DNA of 64,000 nt from Peptococcia bacterium (GTDB lineage: Bacteria > Bacillota > Peptococcia > DRI-13 > DTU073), in NCBI GenBank assembly GCA_050951605.1, contig JBMNJJ010000009.1, positions 66,361 through 130,360 of the forward strand, read 5' to 3'. Below are positions 28,405 to 38,528 of this stretch, piece after piece. A model generated the notes under the pieces. That model saw nothing but the letters and a program-made list of their open reading frames with translations. It had not been told where the DNA came from and ran no database searches. Every line of letters starts with the position of its first letter. Within the stretch, counting starts at the first letter, position 1. The position numbers and the translations under genes were made by a program.

Positions 28405-29292
28405 ATGGCGGTTGATTTACATGTGCATACTACAGCGAGCAGTGACGGTGATTATACTCCTCGCGAGATAGTAGAAATGGCTATTAAGAAAAAGCTGCGG
28501 GCGGTGGCAATTACAGACCATGACTCTGTAGCTGGACTAGAGGAAGGTCTTTACTGGGGGAATAAGCTTGGGTTGGAAGTAATTCCCGGATGTGAATTTT
28601 ATGCACAACATCAGGGAAAATGGCTTCATGTCTTAGGATATTTTATAGATTATAATAGTTTAGAAATAAAAAAATTCAGTAGAAAGATAGCGGAAGAAAG
28701 AAAAAGGACTACAAAAAAACAAATTGAGATATTAAGACAAGCCGGTTTCTTTATAGAGGAAGAAAAAGTTTATGCAGAAAATCCTATGCCCATGTTTCAT
28801 ACTTTTGTTAATGTTATTTTTGCTGATCCAAGGAATAAGCAAAATCCCCTTCTTAAGAAATATCACCGAGTTGATAAAGCTGTGGTCAGGTTCTGTATGG
28901 ATTGGATGATACCTGGGAAACCTTTAAATGCCCCACAATATACCCCACAAGCTAAGGATATTTTTCAATTAATAAAAAGGATAGGGGGTATCCCGGTTTT
29001 AGCACATCCGGCAGCAACATTAAGTGAAGAGGATGACTATGTTATTGATAACTTAATAAATTGTGGTTTAGCAGGTTTAGAGGTTTATACGAGTTGGCAT
29101 AATGAAGAGAACGAGAAACATTATGAACAGTATTTAAGCAAACGGGAACTTATGCTTACTGCCGGTAGTGATTTTCACGGTAGTTTGAAGCCATATGCTA
29201 AACTGGGCGAAATAAAAAATAATACCTATAACCTTGTGGAAAAATTAAAAACATCGGTTTTAACCATAGATAGGCATTGTTCTTGCATGTAA
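28405..29292 (+). CDS. PHP-domain metal-dependent phosphoesterase
   Basis: MAVDLHVHTTASSDG, ITDHDS and LAHP motifs. Confidence 0.8.
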   Translation: MAVDLHVHTTASSDGDYTPREIVEMAIKKKLRAVAITDHDSVAGLEEGLYWGNKLGLEVIPGCEFYAQHQGKWLHVLGYFIDYNSLEIKKFSRKIAEERKRTTKKQIEILRQAGFFIEEEKVYAENPMPMFHTFVNVIFADPRNKQNPLLKKYHRVDKAVVRFCMDWMIPGKPLNAPQYTPQAKDIFQLIKRIGGIPVLAHPAATLSEEDDYVIDNLINCGLAGLEVYTSWHNEENEKHYEQYLSKRELMLTAGSDFHGSLKPYAKLGEIKNNTYNLVEKLKTSVLTIDRHCSCM

Positions 29293-29376
29293 TATATAAC
29301 GGAAACATGAAATGCAGAAACAAGTACTAATTTATATTTAAAACATGTAGAGCAGTTGAAACAGGGAGGAAAGATT

Positions 29377-31104
29377 ATGTTAAAAGGAATTGCGGCATCT
29401 CCCGGGATTGAGTTCGGGAAAGCGTATGTAGTAAAAGAACAGGAAGTCACTATTAATACGAATGTAATAGCGACGGAAAATGTAGTAGGGGAGATCAAAC
29501 GGTTCAATGAAGCGGTAGAAACATCTCGTGCCCAACTGCAAAGAATCAAAGAGAAAGCAGAGAAAGAGTTAGGGGCAGAAAAGGCAGAGATTTTTGCTGC
29601 TCATTTAATGGTTTTAGAAGATGAGGTTTTTCTTGATGAGGTTAGGGAAAAAATCAAAAAGGAATGTTTAACGGCAGAAAATGCTCTTACTCAAGTGGCT
29701 CAAAAATATATAGCTATGTTTGGCGAAATGGAGGACGAATATTTAAGAGAAAGAGCGGCTGATATTAAAGATATTACTGAACGTTTGGTGAAAAACATTC
29801 TCGGTATAGAAATGCGGTCTTTGGCAGACATAGATGAAGAAGTGATAATTTTGGCTAAAGACCTTACCCCTTCTGATACTGCACAGATGAACAAACAGAT
29901 GGTAAAAGCCTTTGCTACGAACATGGGCGGGCGGACTTCTCATACGGCAATTATGGCAAGGTCTTTAGAAATTCCGGCTGTAGTTGGACTTGTAGATGTA
30001 ACAGAAAAGGTTAAAGATGGGGACTTGGTCATTATTGATGGCAATAAGGGGGTTGTTTTATTTAATCCTGATGAAGTGACCCTTAATGAATATAAACAGT
30101 TACAGGAAGAATATAGACAATTTGTTAATGAACTTAAGGAATTAAAAGACAAGCCTTGTGTAACAAAAGATGGTCAGCGTCGTGTGGAACTTGCGGCCAA
30201 TATTGGTACCCCTAAAGATTGTGCGGGAGCTTTGAATAACGGAGCGGAAGGAATTGGTCTTTATCGGACAGAGTTCTTATATATGGACCGTTCTGAACTT
30301 CCTACGGAGGACGAGCAGTTTGAAGCTTATAAAGAAGTGGCTGAAGCAATGGCTCCGCGTCCTGTAATCATTCGGACATTGGATATCGGTGGCGATAAAA
30401 AACTTCCTTATTTAGAGATGCCACAAGAGTTAAATCCTTTCTTAGGGTGGAGAGCGATTAGATTATGCTTAGATCGTCAAGACATTTTAAAGACACAGTT
30501 AAAGGCTATCCTAAGGGCTAGTCATTATGGAAAATTACGGATTATGTATCCGATGATTTCTAATGTGGAAGAAGTACGAAAGGCTAATGCAGTGTTGCAG
30601 GAAGCTAGGGAAGAATTGGACAAAGAGGGTGTACCATATGACCAAAAACTAGAGGTAGGGATTATGGTTGAAATTCCTTCTGCGGCTGTAATTGCTGATA
30701 TTTTAGCCAAGGAAGTAGATTTTTTCAGTATCGGTACAAATGATTTGATTCAATATACGATTGCTGTTGACCGCATGAATGAACATATCTCTCATTTATA
30801 TGAACCACTTCATCCGGCAGTATTAAGGTTAATAAAAAATGTTATTGATGCTTCACATCGTGCCGGGAAATGGACGGGTATGTGTGGAGAAATGGCCGGA
30901 GATATAGTGACAGCCCCGATTTTATTAGGGCTTGGCTTGGATGAGTTTTCGATGAGTGCGGTTTCTATACCCAGAGTTAAGAAAGTTCTTCGTTCTTTAA
31001 CTTTTGCCGAAGCACAAAGTGTGGCTGAAAAAGCTCTTGACATGGAAAGACCTAAAGAAATTAGAGAGTTTGTTAATGCTTTTATCTCTAAGGTTAATAG
31101 TTAA
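29377..31104 (+). CDS. ptsI: PEP-protein phosphotransferase (PTS Enzyme I)
   Basis: GGRTSHTAIMARS (active His), IRTLDIGGDK and GMCGEMAGD. ATG 29377 sits behind the GGGAGGA RBS. Confidence 0.95.
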   Translation: MLKGIAASPGIEFGKAYVVKEQEVTINTNVIATENVVGEIKRFNEAVETSRAQLQRIKEKAEKELGAEKAEIFAAHLMVLEDEVFLDEVREKIKKECLTAENALTQVAQKYIAMFGEMEDEYLRERAADIKDITERLVKNILGIEMRSLADIDEEVIILAKDLTPSDTAQMNKQMVKAFATNMGGRTSHTAIMARSLEIPAVVGLVDVTEKVKDGDLVIIDGNKGVVLFNPDEVTLNEYKQLQEEYRQFVNELKELKDKPCVTKDGQRRVELAANIGTPKDCAGALNNGAEGIGLYRTEFLYMDRSELPTEDEQFEAYKEVAEAMAPRPVIIRTLDIGGDKKLPYLEMPQELNPFLGWRAIRLCLDRQDILKTQLKAILRASHYGKLRIMYPMISNVEEVRKANAVLQEAREELDKEGVPYDQKLEVGIMVEIPSAAVIADILAKEVDFFSIGTNDLIQYTIAVDRMNEHISHLYEPLHPAVLRLIKNVIDASHRAGKWTGMCGEMAGDIVTAPILLGLGLDEFSMSAVSIPRVKKVLRSLTFAEAQSVAEKALDMERPKEIREFVNAFISKVNS

Positions 31105-31197
31105 TTTATAAATTTGTACTCATATTAATGAAAGGAAGTGAGGACACAGGGTTAGTAATGAAGTTGTTATGGCAAACGTTTTAGAAAGGGGGGAGAA

Positions 31198-31704
31198 ATG
31201 ATGGCTGGAGTACAGTTGCACACAGATGTAGATTTAGTGGCATTACCTTATGAAGCAGAAAATAGTGAACAAGTAATTAGAGAGTTAGGAAAAAGAGTAT
31301 TGGCAAAGGGCTATATTGACAAAGAGTTTATTGAAAATCTTTTAGCAAGAGAAAAAGAATTTCCTACAGGATTGGAAACTGTTTATCCTATTGCGATACC
31401 TCATGTAGGTGGGCATTGTCATCAGTCTTTTTTGTCGGTAGCTATTTTAAAAGAACCGGTAACTTTTATGGCTATGGATGGTTCAGGAAAAGAATTAGAT
31501 GTACGTTGTGTGTTTATGTTTGGGATTACTGACCCTCAACATCAGGTAGAAGTTCTGAAAAAGTTTATTTTCGCCTTTAGAGAAGAAGAAAATCTTAAGA
31601 AAATCCAAGAAATGACAGATAAAAAGGAAGCATTAAAATTTCTCAAGTCATTACTTGGTGATGGCTTAGTAGTCAACAATGTAGAAAAGGAGGCGGCTGT
31701 TTAG
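31198..31704 (+). CDS. PTS EIIA component (EIIA-2, Mtl/Fru/Gat type)
   Basis: 168 aa; FPTGLETVYPIAIPHVGG contains the phosphorylatable His. Confidence 0.8.
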   Translation: MMAGVQLHTDVDLVALPYEAENSEQVIRELGKRVLAKGYIDKEFIENLLAREKEFPTGLETVYPIAIPHVGGHCHQSFLSVAILKEPVTFMAMDGSGKELDVRCVFMFGITDPQHQVEVLKKFIFAFREEENLKKIQEMTDKKEALKFLKSLLGDGLVVNNVEKEAAV

Positions 31705-31770
31705 AAAAAGGTGTTGGAGGTGGTTAGAGGCACAGATATATTTTTATAATTCAAAGGAGGAAATGTTAAA

Positions 31771-32076
31771 ATGGTTAGAATAGTAGTTGCTTGTGGTGGT
31801 GGTATTTTTACAACAACAATTGTTTCAGATCAGGTTAAAGAAATATTAAGAAAAGCAGGGATTCAACATACAGTAACTCCGGCAAAGTTAACAGAAATAG
31901 CTGGTATATCTGATGCTGATTTAATCGTTGTTACAGGTAAGTTTGGAACGAAAACTAAAAACGTGGCTAATATTCCGATTATTGTTGGTATGTCTTTGCT
32001 CACAGGTGTTGGTAAAGAAAAGTTTGCGGAAGAACTTGTACAAAAGGCAAAAGAAATTGAGGAGGCTAAAAAATAA
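31771..32076 (+). CDS. PTS EIIB component, galactitol (Gat) family
   Basis: 101 aa; MVRIVVACGGGIFTTT with an N-terminal active-site Cys. Confidence 0.8.
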   Translation: MVRIVVACGGGIFTTTIVSDQVKEILRKAGIQHTVTPAKLTEIAGISDADLIVVTGKFGTKTKNVANIPIIVGMSLLTGVGKEKFAEELVQKAKEIEEAKK

Positions 32077-33523
32077 TGGCAACATTAAAAATGGTCATTG
32101 ACCTTTTTGGTCCGACAATCTTTGTACCGGTAGTTGTTTTTATTTTAAGTTTATGTATGAGAGTTGAACCGAATAAAGCTTTCCGTGGCGCTTTATATAT
32201 GGGTATTGGTTTGACGGCTTTTAATATTATTCTTGGTGGTTTAATGGGATCCTTAGGTCCTATCGTCACCGAGATGGTTCAGAATACCGGGGTTAATCTG
32301 CCTTGTATTGACGTAGGTTGGCCGGCAGCATCAATTATTTGTTATGCTAACCAGATCGGTTTGTTCTTTATTCCTTTCGGTCTTGTTTTTGACTTGGTGC
32401 TTTTTGCTACGAAATGGACGGATACCTTCCATCCTACAGATATTTGGAATTACTATCACTTCGTTTTTTGGGCAGCTATTGTTCAGTTGGTGACAGGCAG
32501 TTTCTGGATGGGCGTACTTTGTGGGATGTTATTGAATCTTATTCTGTTACTGTTGGCTGACTGGATTGCTCCGGCGATGGAATCTTATTACGGTTATCAG
32601 GGTGTAGTTTCTACTTGTTACTGCTCTATTAACAGTGTACCTTTTACTATTTTAATCAAATGGATTTTGAAAAAGTTGAAATTAGATCGGATTACGTTGA
32701 ATCCCGAACAATTGAGAGAAAAATTTGGTTTCTGGGGTGAACCTGTCACGATAGGTCTTTTAATCGGTTTAGCCGTATCGCTGATTGCTAAATGGCAGTT
32801 CCTCGGTGAACTGGAAAGCTGGGCAACCGTCTTAAAGACCGCAATTGTTACAGGTGCGGTTATGGCTATTTATCCTTCTGTTTCCGGTCTTTTTGTGAAA
32901 GGACTTATTCCGATTACACAGACTTTAAATGCACGAATGAGAAGCGGGGAAATGACCAGAAAGAATATGTATATAGCTATTGACCCTGCTGTTTTCTTTG
33001 GTGAAGAAGCGACAATTGCTACAGGTCTGGTTTTAATTCCGATTATGTTGGCTTTTGCGATTCTTTTGCCCAGTAATATTGTTTTACCACTGGCAGACTT
33101 GCCGGCGATACCTTTCTGCTGTGATCGGTATAGTTACAGTTATGCAGGGTAATGTTTTTGGTTCGTTGATTACAGGAGCTTTATGGATAGGTTTAGGTTT
33201 TATGGCTAACTCTGATATTGCGGTTGTTTTTACCGAAGCGGCGAAGAACGTTAACGCTATTCCTGAATCTGCTGGTCAAGCTTTAGTTACTTGTTTTCTT
33301 GTCGGTAATAATATCTTTGGGTTGGTTGGTTTACAAAGCCTTTGCTGCTTCTGAAGGGATAAGAGTCTTTACAATTGGTCTTGCTTTTGCTTGTTATCTC
33401 GTTGTGTATGTTCTTCTTCCAAAAATACCGCAAGCTTGGCAGTTAGCTGCGGGAGCAACGGAAGAATATTTTGAAGAAAAAGAAGCTCTTTGGAAAGAGA
33501 TGGCAGGAAAAGCGAGCAGCTAG
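32076..33523 (+). pseudogene. PTS EIIC, galactitol (GatC) family, broken by two +1 frameshifts
   Basis: Three overlapping ORFs (32076..33152, 33055..33354, 33299..33523) form one polytopic EIIC. The junctions are at ~33113..33118 (T-run) and the T4 run at 33294..33297. Confidence 0.75.
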
Positions 33524-33713
33524 AAAGGCTTAATTATAATTAAGATTACAAGATGGTAAGAATGCGTAAGAGAGTGAGGATTGCTTATTAAAACAGGGAT
33601 GACCGGGGTTACCTTCTTTAGTAAATTGACTGGCAATCCCGGTTCCCTTTCCCTTAAGGAAATAATTAAGATAAAAAGTTTATTAAAAAACATTAAAAAA
33701 GGAGTAGAAAATC

Positions 33714-34750
33714 ATGAAAAAGACGAACACTTTAGTTACAGCAGCTTTCAGTGAAAAAGGAATTAATGATTTAAAAGAATTTTTAAATGTGGAGTATCAC
33801 AATTGGTTTAAACAGAAACGTCCTTATACGCAGGAAGAGTTAAATAAGATGTTGCAAGGTAAAGAAATTTTGATTGTAGAAATGACCGAAGTGCATAAGG
33901 AAGTAATTGAAGCCAATCCTCAACTTAAAGTAATTGCTTGCTGTCGTGGTTTAAGGGGCGATGATCCGACGATAGATATTCCTACCTGTAATGAACGTAA
34001 AATTCCTGTTTTATTAGCTCCCGGCAGAAACTTGAATTCCGTAGCTGAGTTTACCATACTGTTAACGTTAGCGATTATGAGAAAAGTACGCCCCGCGATC
34101 AATTGGTTTTATGATAGACAATTGGCAAGAAGTGGCTTGATTTTTATACAACCTTTAGAACCGGCGAAGTTAGAGGTAGGACTGTAGGCTTGATGGGTTT
34201 TGGTAATATCGGGAAAAGAGTTGCGGCATTATTTAATGCTTTTGGAGCGAAAGTAATTGCTTATGACCCTTTTATTAATGACCTAGAAGTTTATAAGAAG
34301 TTTAATGCGGAAAAAGTTGATGCGGAAACTCTTTTTAAGACGGCAGATATTGTTTCCTTGCATATGAATGTTAATGAAGATACGAAAGGATTTATCAACG
34401 AAAAATTAATCGGTTTAATGAAGCCTACTGCATTTCTAATTAACTCTGCTCGTGCTGCTTTAGTTGAACGGGATGCTCTTTATGCGGCTTTGAAGGACAA
34501 AAAGATTGCCGGATATGCAACTGACGTATATCATCAAGAACCTTGTAATCCGGAAATTGAACCCATGCTGCTTTTAGATAACTTCTTTGGTACACCTCAT
34601 CTCGGTGGTACTGCAGATGAAGTTATTAGCAATCATTCCGCCATGGTAGTTAATGACCTGAAAAAGCTATTAAATGGTGAAAACCCTCAATTTATTGTTA
34701 ATCCTCAGGTGTTACCTGATTTCCAAGAAATCTTAAAAACCATGAAATAG
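33714..34750 (+). pseudogene. D-isomer-specific 2-hydroxyacid dehydrogenase, split by a frameshift
   Basis: ORFs 33714..34187 and 34190..34750. The second frame is open back to ~34117 (TIGKKWLDFYTTFRTGEVRGRTVGLMGFGNIGKRVA). Motifs GFGNIG, NSARAALV and TPHLGG are present. Confidence 0.75.
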
Positions 34751-34765
34751 GGTTTTGGAAGGCGT

Positions 34766-35245
34766 GTGAAGATATTGGAAAATAATTCTGAACAGAGAGC
34801 TGAAATTATCGAGAAGTGTGTTCAATATTTTGATGATGGTTATGGGTTTGCTTGTATCGAATCTGTTGTCTTGGGCTATAAGGATTATTTTGGAATAAAG
34901 GATGAGATAATTCCCAAAATAGCTACTCCTTTTGGTGGTGGTATAGCCGGCAACGGTCTTACCTGTGGTGCTTTGCAGGGAGCGATTATGTGCTTGGGGT
35001 TAAAATATGGTCGTACTGATAGTAAAACTGACCGTAAAGTTCTTTATCAAAAGGTAAATAATCTTTTACGAAAGTTTAAGGATTACTATGGTACCTTGGA
35101 TTGTGGCGGTATCAGAATGATACCGCCTCTGCTCCAAAGTGATCCTGTCAAATTAAAACGGATTAAAGACTGCTATCATGAAAATGTGTGCAATGATTTA
35201 GTGAGAAATGTAGCCGGCTGGTTAGCAGAAGAATTGGAAATATAA
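34766..35245 (+). CDS. C_GCAxxG_C_C family putative redox-active protein
   Basis: FACIESV ... GLTCGALQGAIMCLG ... GTLDCG; 159 aa. Confidence 0.75.
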   Translation: MKILENNSEQRAEIIEKCVQYFDDGYGFACIESVVLGYKDYFGIKDEIIPKIATPFGGGIAGNGLTCGALQGAIMCLGLKYGRTDSKTDRKVLYQKVNNLLRKFKDYYGTLDCGGIRMIPPLLQSDPVKLKRIKDCYHENVCNDLVRNVAGWLAEELEI

Positions 35246-35313
35246 TTTAGTATAATGAACGTAATAAAATTGGCACCATGTTGAAAAGAGAATTTTAAGG
35301 AGGAGAAAGAAAA

Positions 35314-35574
35314 ATGTTAGTTGAAGATTTTGTTATTCAAAACAAAACCGGATTGCATGCTCGACCCGCATCCTTATTCGTAAAAAAAGCCAGTAGCTTT
35401 AAGTGTAAAATTAAGATTAAAAAAGATGATACGGAAGTAGATGCTAAAAGTATGTTGTCTGTCCTCACACTTGGTGCAGGACAAGGTTCTACGATTACTA
35501 TCACCACCGATGGTGAAGATGAAAAAGAAGCGTTACAAGAACTGATTAAACTTTTACAGGAAACTAAAGAGTAA
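35314..35574 (+). CDS. ptsH: Phosphocarrier protein HPr (copy 1)
   Basis: NKTGLHARPASLFV (His15) and DAKSMLSVLTLG (Ser46 region); 86 aa. Confidence 0.9.
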   Translation: MLVEDFVIQNKTGLHARPASLFVKKASSFKCKIKIKKDDTEVDAKSMLSVLTLGAGQGSTITITTDGEDEKEALQELIKLLQETKE

Positions 35575-35612
35575 GAAAAGACTTAAATTAGTTTTTAAGG
35601 GGAGTACAAGCT

Positions 35613-37265
35613 ATGAAAATTATTATTGTTGGCGGAGTGGCAGGAGGTGCCAGTGTTGCTACACGTTTACGTCGCTTAGATGAATCTGCAGAAATAATCT
35701 TGGTGGAACGGGGGGAAAATATCTCCTATGCAACCTGTGGTCTCCCTTATTATATTGGTGGTGTTATTGAGAAGCGTGATAGTTTGTTGGTGCAAACACC
35801 GGCAGCTATCAGTAAACGCTTCAAGCTAGATCTGCGTACTTTGCAGGAAGTACAAAAAGTAATCCCACATCAAAAAGAAATTGAGATTAAGGAATTGTCA
35901 ACAGGGAAGATTTACAGAGAAAGTTATGATTATTTGCTTCTTTCTCCGGGAGCATCTCCCCTTGTTCCCCCTCTACCCGGAGTAGAATTAGGTGGAGTCT
36001 TTACACTTCGTTCTATTCAGGACAGCGAAGAAATTAAAGCTTGGCTGAAAGTAAACAAAGCAGAAAGGGCAGTAGTAGTTGGCGGCGGTTTTGTCGGGCT
36101 TGAAGTAGCAGAAAATTTTAAACAATTGGGATTAAAGGTTGCTCTTCTTGAGGCTGCTGATCAGGTTTTAGCACCTTTAGACAAGGAGATGGCTTCTTTT
36201 TTACACAAACAATTACGGGATAAAGGGGTTACTTTGTTTTTAAATGAACCTGTGGTTGCTTTTGAGGGAGCAGAGAAGCTAGAAGCGGTTGTGCTGAAAA
36301 GCGGTAAAAAGATAGAGACAGATATAGTTGTGTTAGCGATAGGGGTTAAGCCCGAGACTAAATTAGCTGTTGAAGCCGGTTTGGGGATAGGACCAACAGG
36401 AGGAATACTAGTTGATGAATGTTTCCGGACATCTGTTTCCGGTATTTATGCTATTGGGGATGCTATTGAAGTTGTGAATTATGTCAGTGGACGAAATGTT
36501 CGGATTCCTTTGGCGGGTCCTGCTCAAAAGCAAGCTAGAATAGCCGCGGATAAGATTATGGGAAGAAAGGTAAAGAGTTACCGAGGAACATTGGGTACGG
36601 CTATTGTGAAGGTTTTTGATTTGGTTGCAGCGACTACCGGTTTAAATGAAAAAACTTTAAAGGAACTAGGAATACCTTATTTTTCTTCTTATACTCATCC
36701 GGAATCTCATGCAGGATATTATCCCAATGCCGGCAAGATGTGTATTAAACTACTTTTTGCACCTAAGGATGGCAAAATATTGGGAGCACAGATTGTGGGG
36801 GCAAAGGGTGTAGATAAACGCATTGATGTACTAGCGACGTGTATATGTGGTGACCTTACAGTATATGATTTAGCAGATTTAGAATTATCTTATGCACCTC
36901 CTTTTTCTTCGGCTAAAGATCCGGTTGTTATGGCCGGATATGTGGCTTGTAACATTTTACAAGGTGATGTGGAAATAGTGCATTGGCATGAATTGGAGGA
37001 ATTAAAGGGAGAGGGAGTTCTAATTGTAGACATAAGGGAGCCACGGGAGGTAGAAAAAGGGTCTATACCCGGGTCGATCAAGATTCCTTTAAATGACCTT
37101 AGAAGCCGAAGAAAGGAATTACCTAAAGATAAGACGCTTGTACTTTATTGTAAAGCAGGTCTGAGGAGTTATCTGGGGTATCGTCTTCTTAAACCATATG
37201 GTTATCAGGTCAAGAGTCTAAGCGGGGGTTATTTAACTTATAAGATGAGCCAATCAAGTGAGTGA
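35613..37265 (+). CDS. CoA-disulfide/persulfide reductase family flavoprotein with C-terminal rhodanese domain
   Basis: IIIVGGVAGGAS FAD motif, redox Cys in SYATCGLPYY, second GGGFVGLE motif, and a C-terminal rhodanese YCKAGLRS. Confidence 0.85.
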   Translation: MKIIIVGGVAGGASVATRLRRLDESAEIILVERGENISYATCGLPYYIGGVIEKRDSLLVQTPAAISKRFKLDLRTLQEVQKVIPHQKEIEIKELSTGKIYRESYDYLLLSPGASPLVPPLPGVELGGVFTLRSIQDSEEIKAWLKVNKAERAVVVGGGFVGLEVAENFKQLGLKVALLEAADQVLAPLDKEMASFLHKQLRDKGVTLFLNEPVVAFEGAEKLEAVVLKSGKKIETDIVVLAIGVKPETKLAVEAGLGIGPTGGILVDECFRTSVSGIYAIGDAIEVVNYVSGRNVRIPLAGPAQKQARIAADKIMGRKVKSYRGTLGTAIVKVFDLVAATTGLNEKTLKELGIPYFSSYTHPESHAGYYPNAGKMCIKLLFAPKDGKILGAQIVGAKGVDKRIDVLATCICGDLTVYDLADLELSYAPPFSSAKDPVVMAGYVACNILQGDVEIVHWHELEELKGEGVLIVDIREPREVEKGSIPGSIKIPLNDLRSRRKELPKDKTLVLYCKAGLRSYLGYRLLKPYGYQVKSLSGGYLTYKMSQSSE

Positions 37266-37292
37266 AAAAAATTCCTAAAAGGGGCTAAAACT

Positions 37293-37326
37293 GAAAATAA
37301 TTTCATAGTTGAATGAAATTATTTTC
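37293..37326. repeat. Perfect 14-bp inverted repeat, 6-nt spacer
   Basis: gaaaataatttcat-agttga-atgaaattattttc, located between the CoADR stop and the sorC-type regulator. Confidence 0.8.
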
Positions 37327-37433
37327 AATATTGATAAGAATTTTTTTTGGTTTATGATATATATAGAACAAGAAATAAATAAAAATTACACAAATATAGA
37401 AGGTGTAAATTCTTAGGGAAACAAAATGGGGAT

Positions 37434-38432
37434 GTGAGAATAATGGATGCAGAAGTATATAATCAATCTACTTTTATCATACTAAAAGCAGCATATCTAT
37501 ATTATCTTAAGGATAAGGCACAAAATGAAATAGCAGATATTTTAAATATCTCTGTCCCCACTGTTTCCCGCTTAATTAAAAAAGCAAAAGAAGAAAAAAT
37601 AGTAGAGTTTGTGATTAGGGATCCATACTTAGAATGTATAGATCTTGAAGAAAATTTAAAAAAAGAATTTAAACTAAAAGATGTCGTAATTGCTCCCCTT
37701 GCTGTACAAGAGTCTTCTCAAAATGATATGGAAGAGAACCTGAAAAAGTTGGTTGCTTTAGAAGGAGCACGTTATTTACAACGTATCATTACGGAAGAAG
37801 ATGTTTTAGGTATTAGTTGGGGACAAACAATGTATCATTTGATTCACTATCTTAATCCATGCCAGAAAGTGAATGGGAAGTTTGTAACTATGCATGGCAG
37901 TATTTCTAGCCTTAAGCCTGACCTTGATGTAAGAACATTAGTGTCTAGGACAAGTATGGTTTTTGGTGGCAAAAACTATTCTCTGATGGCAGAGGCTTTA
38001 TTAAGTAATGCAGAAACAGCCGCATCAATAAAGAAGGAAAAACATGTAAAAAAGGTATATGAAATGTTTGATAAAATAACAATTTCGATTAGTGGTATGG
38101 GTTCCTTTTTCCCTCAACTTGATTCTTTATTATGCAAATCCGATTATTTAACCGCAGAAGAAATTAACACTTTACAGAAGAATAATGTTGTCGGTGATAT
38201 TGTGTTGCGGTTTTTTGATAAAAATGGTCAAGAATGTGCTACTAATTTCCGAGATAGAACGATAGGTATTGAGCTGGAGCAGTTTAAACAGATTAAGACT
38301 AAGATTTCTGTTGTTTCAGGTGAAGTAAAGACACATACAGTGCTTGCTGCTTTAAAAGGCGGTTTTGTAGATGTTTTAATCACTGATTATAACTTAGTCA
38401 AGTCTATTTTAAAGCTTAATGCAAGTAAATAA
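37434..38432 (+). CDS. SorC/DeoR-type sugar-binding transcriptional regulator
   Basis: N-terminal HTH (QNEIADILNISVPTVSRLIKKAKEEKIV) plus a C-terminal sugar-phosphate-binding domain (GISWGQT..., GDIVLRFFD). Confidence 0.8.
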   Translation: MRIMDAEVYNQSTFIILKAAYLYYLKDKAQNEIADILNISVPTVSRLIKKAKEEKIVEFVIRDPYLECIDLEENLKKEFKLKDVVIAPLAVQESSQNDMEENLKKLVALEGARYLQRIITEEDVLGISWGQTMYHLIHYLNPCQKVNGKFVTMHGSISSLKPDLDVRTLVSRTSMVFGGKNYSLMAEALLSNAETAASIKKEKHVKKVYEMFDKITISISGMGSFFPQLDSLLCKSDYLTAEEINTLQKNNVVGDIVLRFFDKNGQECATNFRDRTIGIELEQFKQIKTKISVVSGEVKTHTVLAALKGGFVDVLITDYNLVKSILKLNASK

Positions 38433-38447
38433 TCTTTGTTGCTAAGT

Positions 38448-38473
38448 TTTTGGCTAAGGGCCCAGCCAAAAAT
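38448..38473. terminator. Terminator hairpin after the sorC-type gene
   Basis: tttttggct / agccaaaaa 9-bp stem with an 8-nt loop. Confidence 0.6.
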
Positions 38474-38528
38474 CTAGATATGTATCCACTTACATTTAGG
38501 CATTTAAAAAAACAAGGAGGTTGTAAAA

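Noticed and set aside
33578-33655. RAT-like sequence (GGATTGCTTATTAAAACAGGGATGACC) overlapping a possible terminator (GGGAtgACCGGG ... CCCGGTTCCC + TTTCCCTT) between EIIC and the dehydrogenase. This would suggest BglG/LicT-type antitermination.
   Set aside because: Only the outer bases resemble the RAT consensus GGATTGTTACTG-loop-CAGGCAAAACC. The essential upper stem (CUGC/GCAG) cannot form, and the lower stem pairs poorly. No CAT-domain antiterminator is encoded in the window. The hairpin may still be a weak internal terminator.
35271-35285. Second sigma-54-like element, TGGCACcatgTTGAA, upstream of HPr copy 1.
   Set aside because: The -24 box is perfect. However, the spacer is one nt short, the -12 GC is replaced by GA, and the predicted start would fall on the RBS. 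Two TATAAT boxes just upstream (35241-56) explain transcription more simply.
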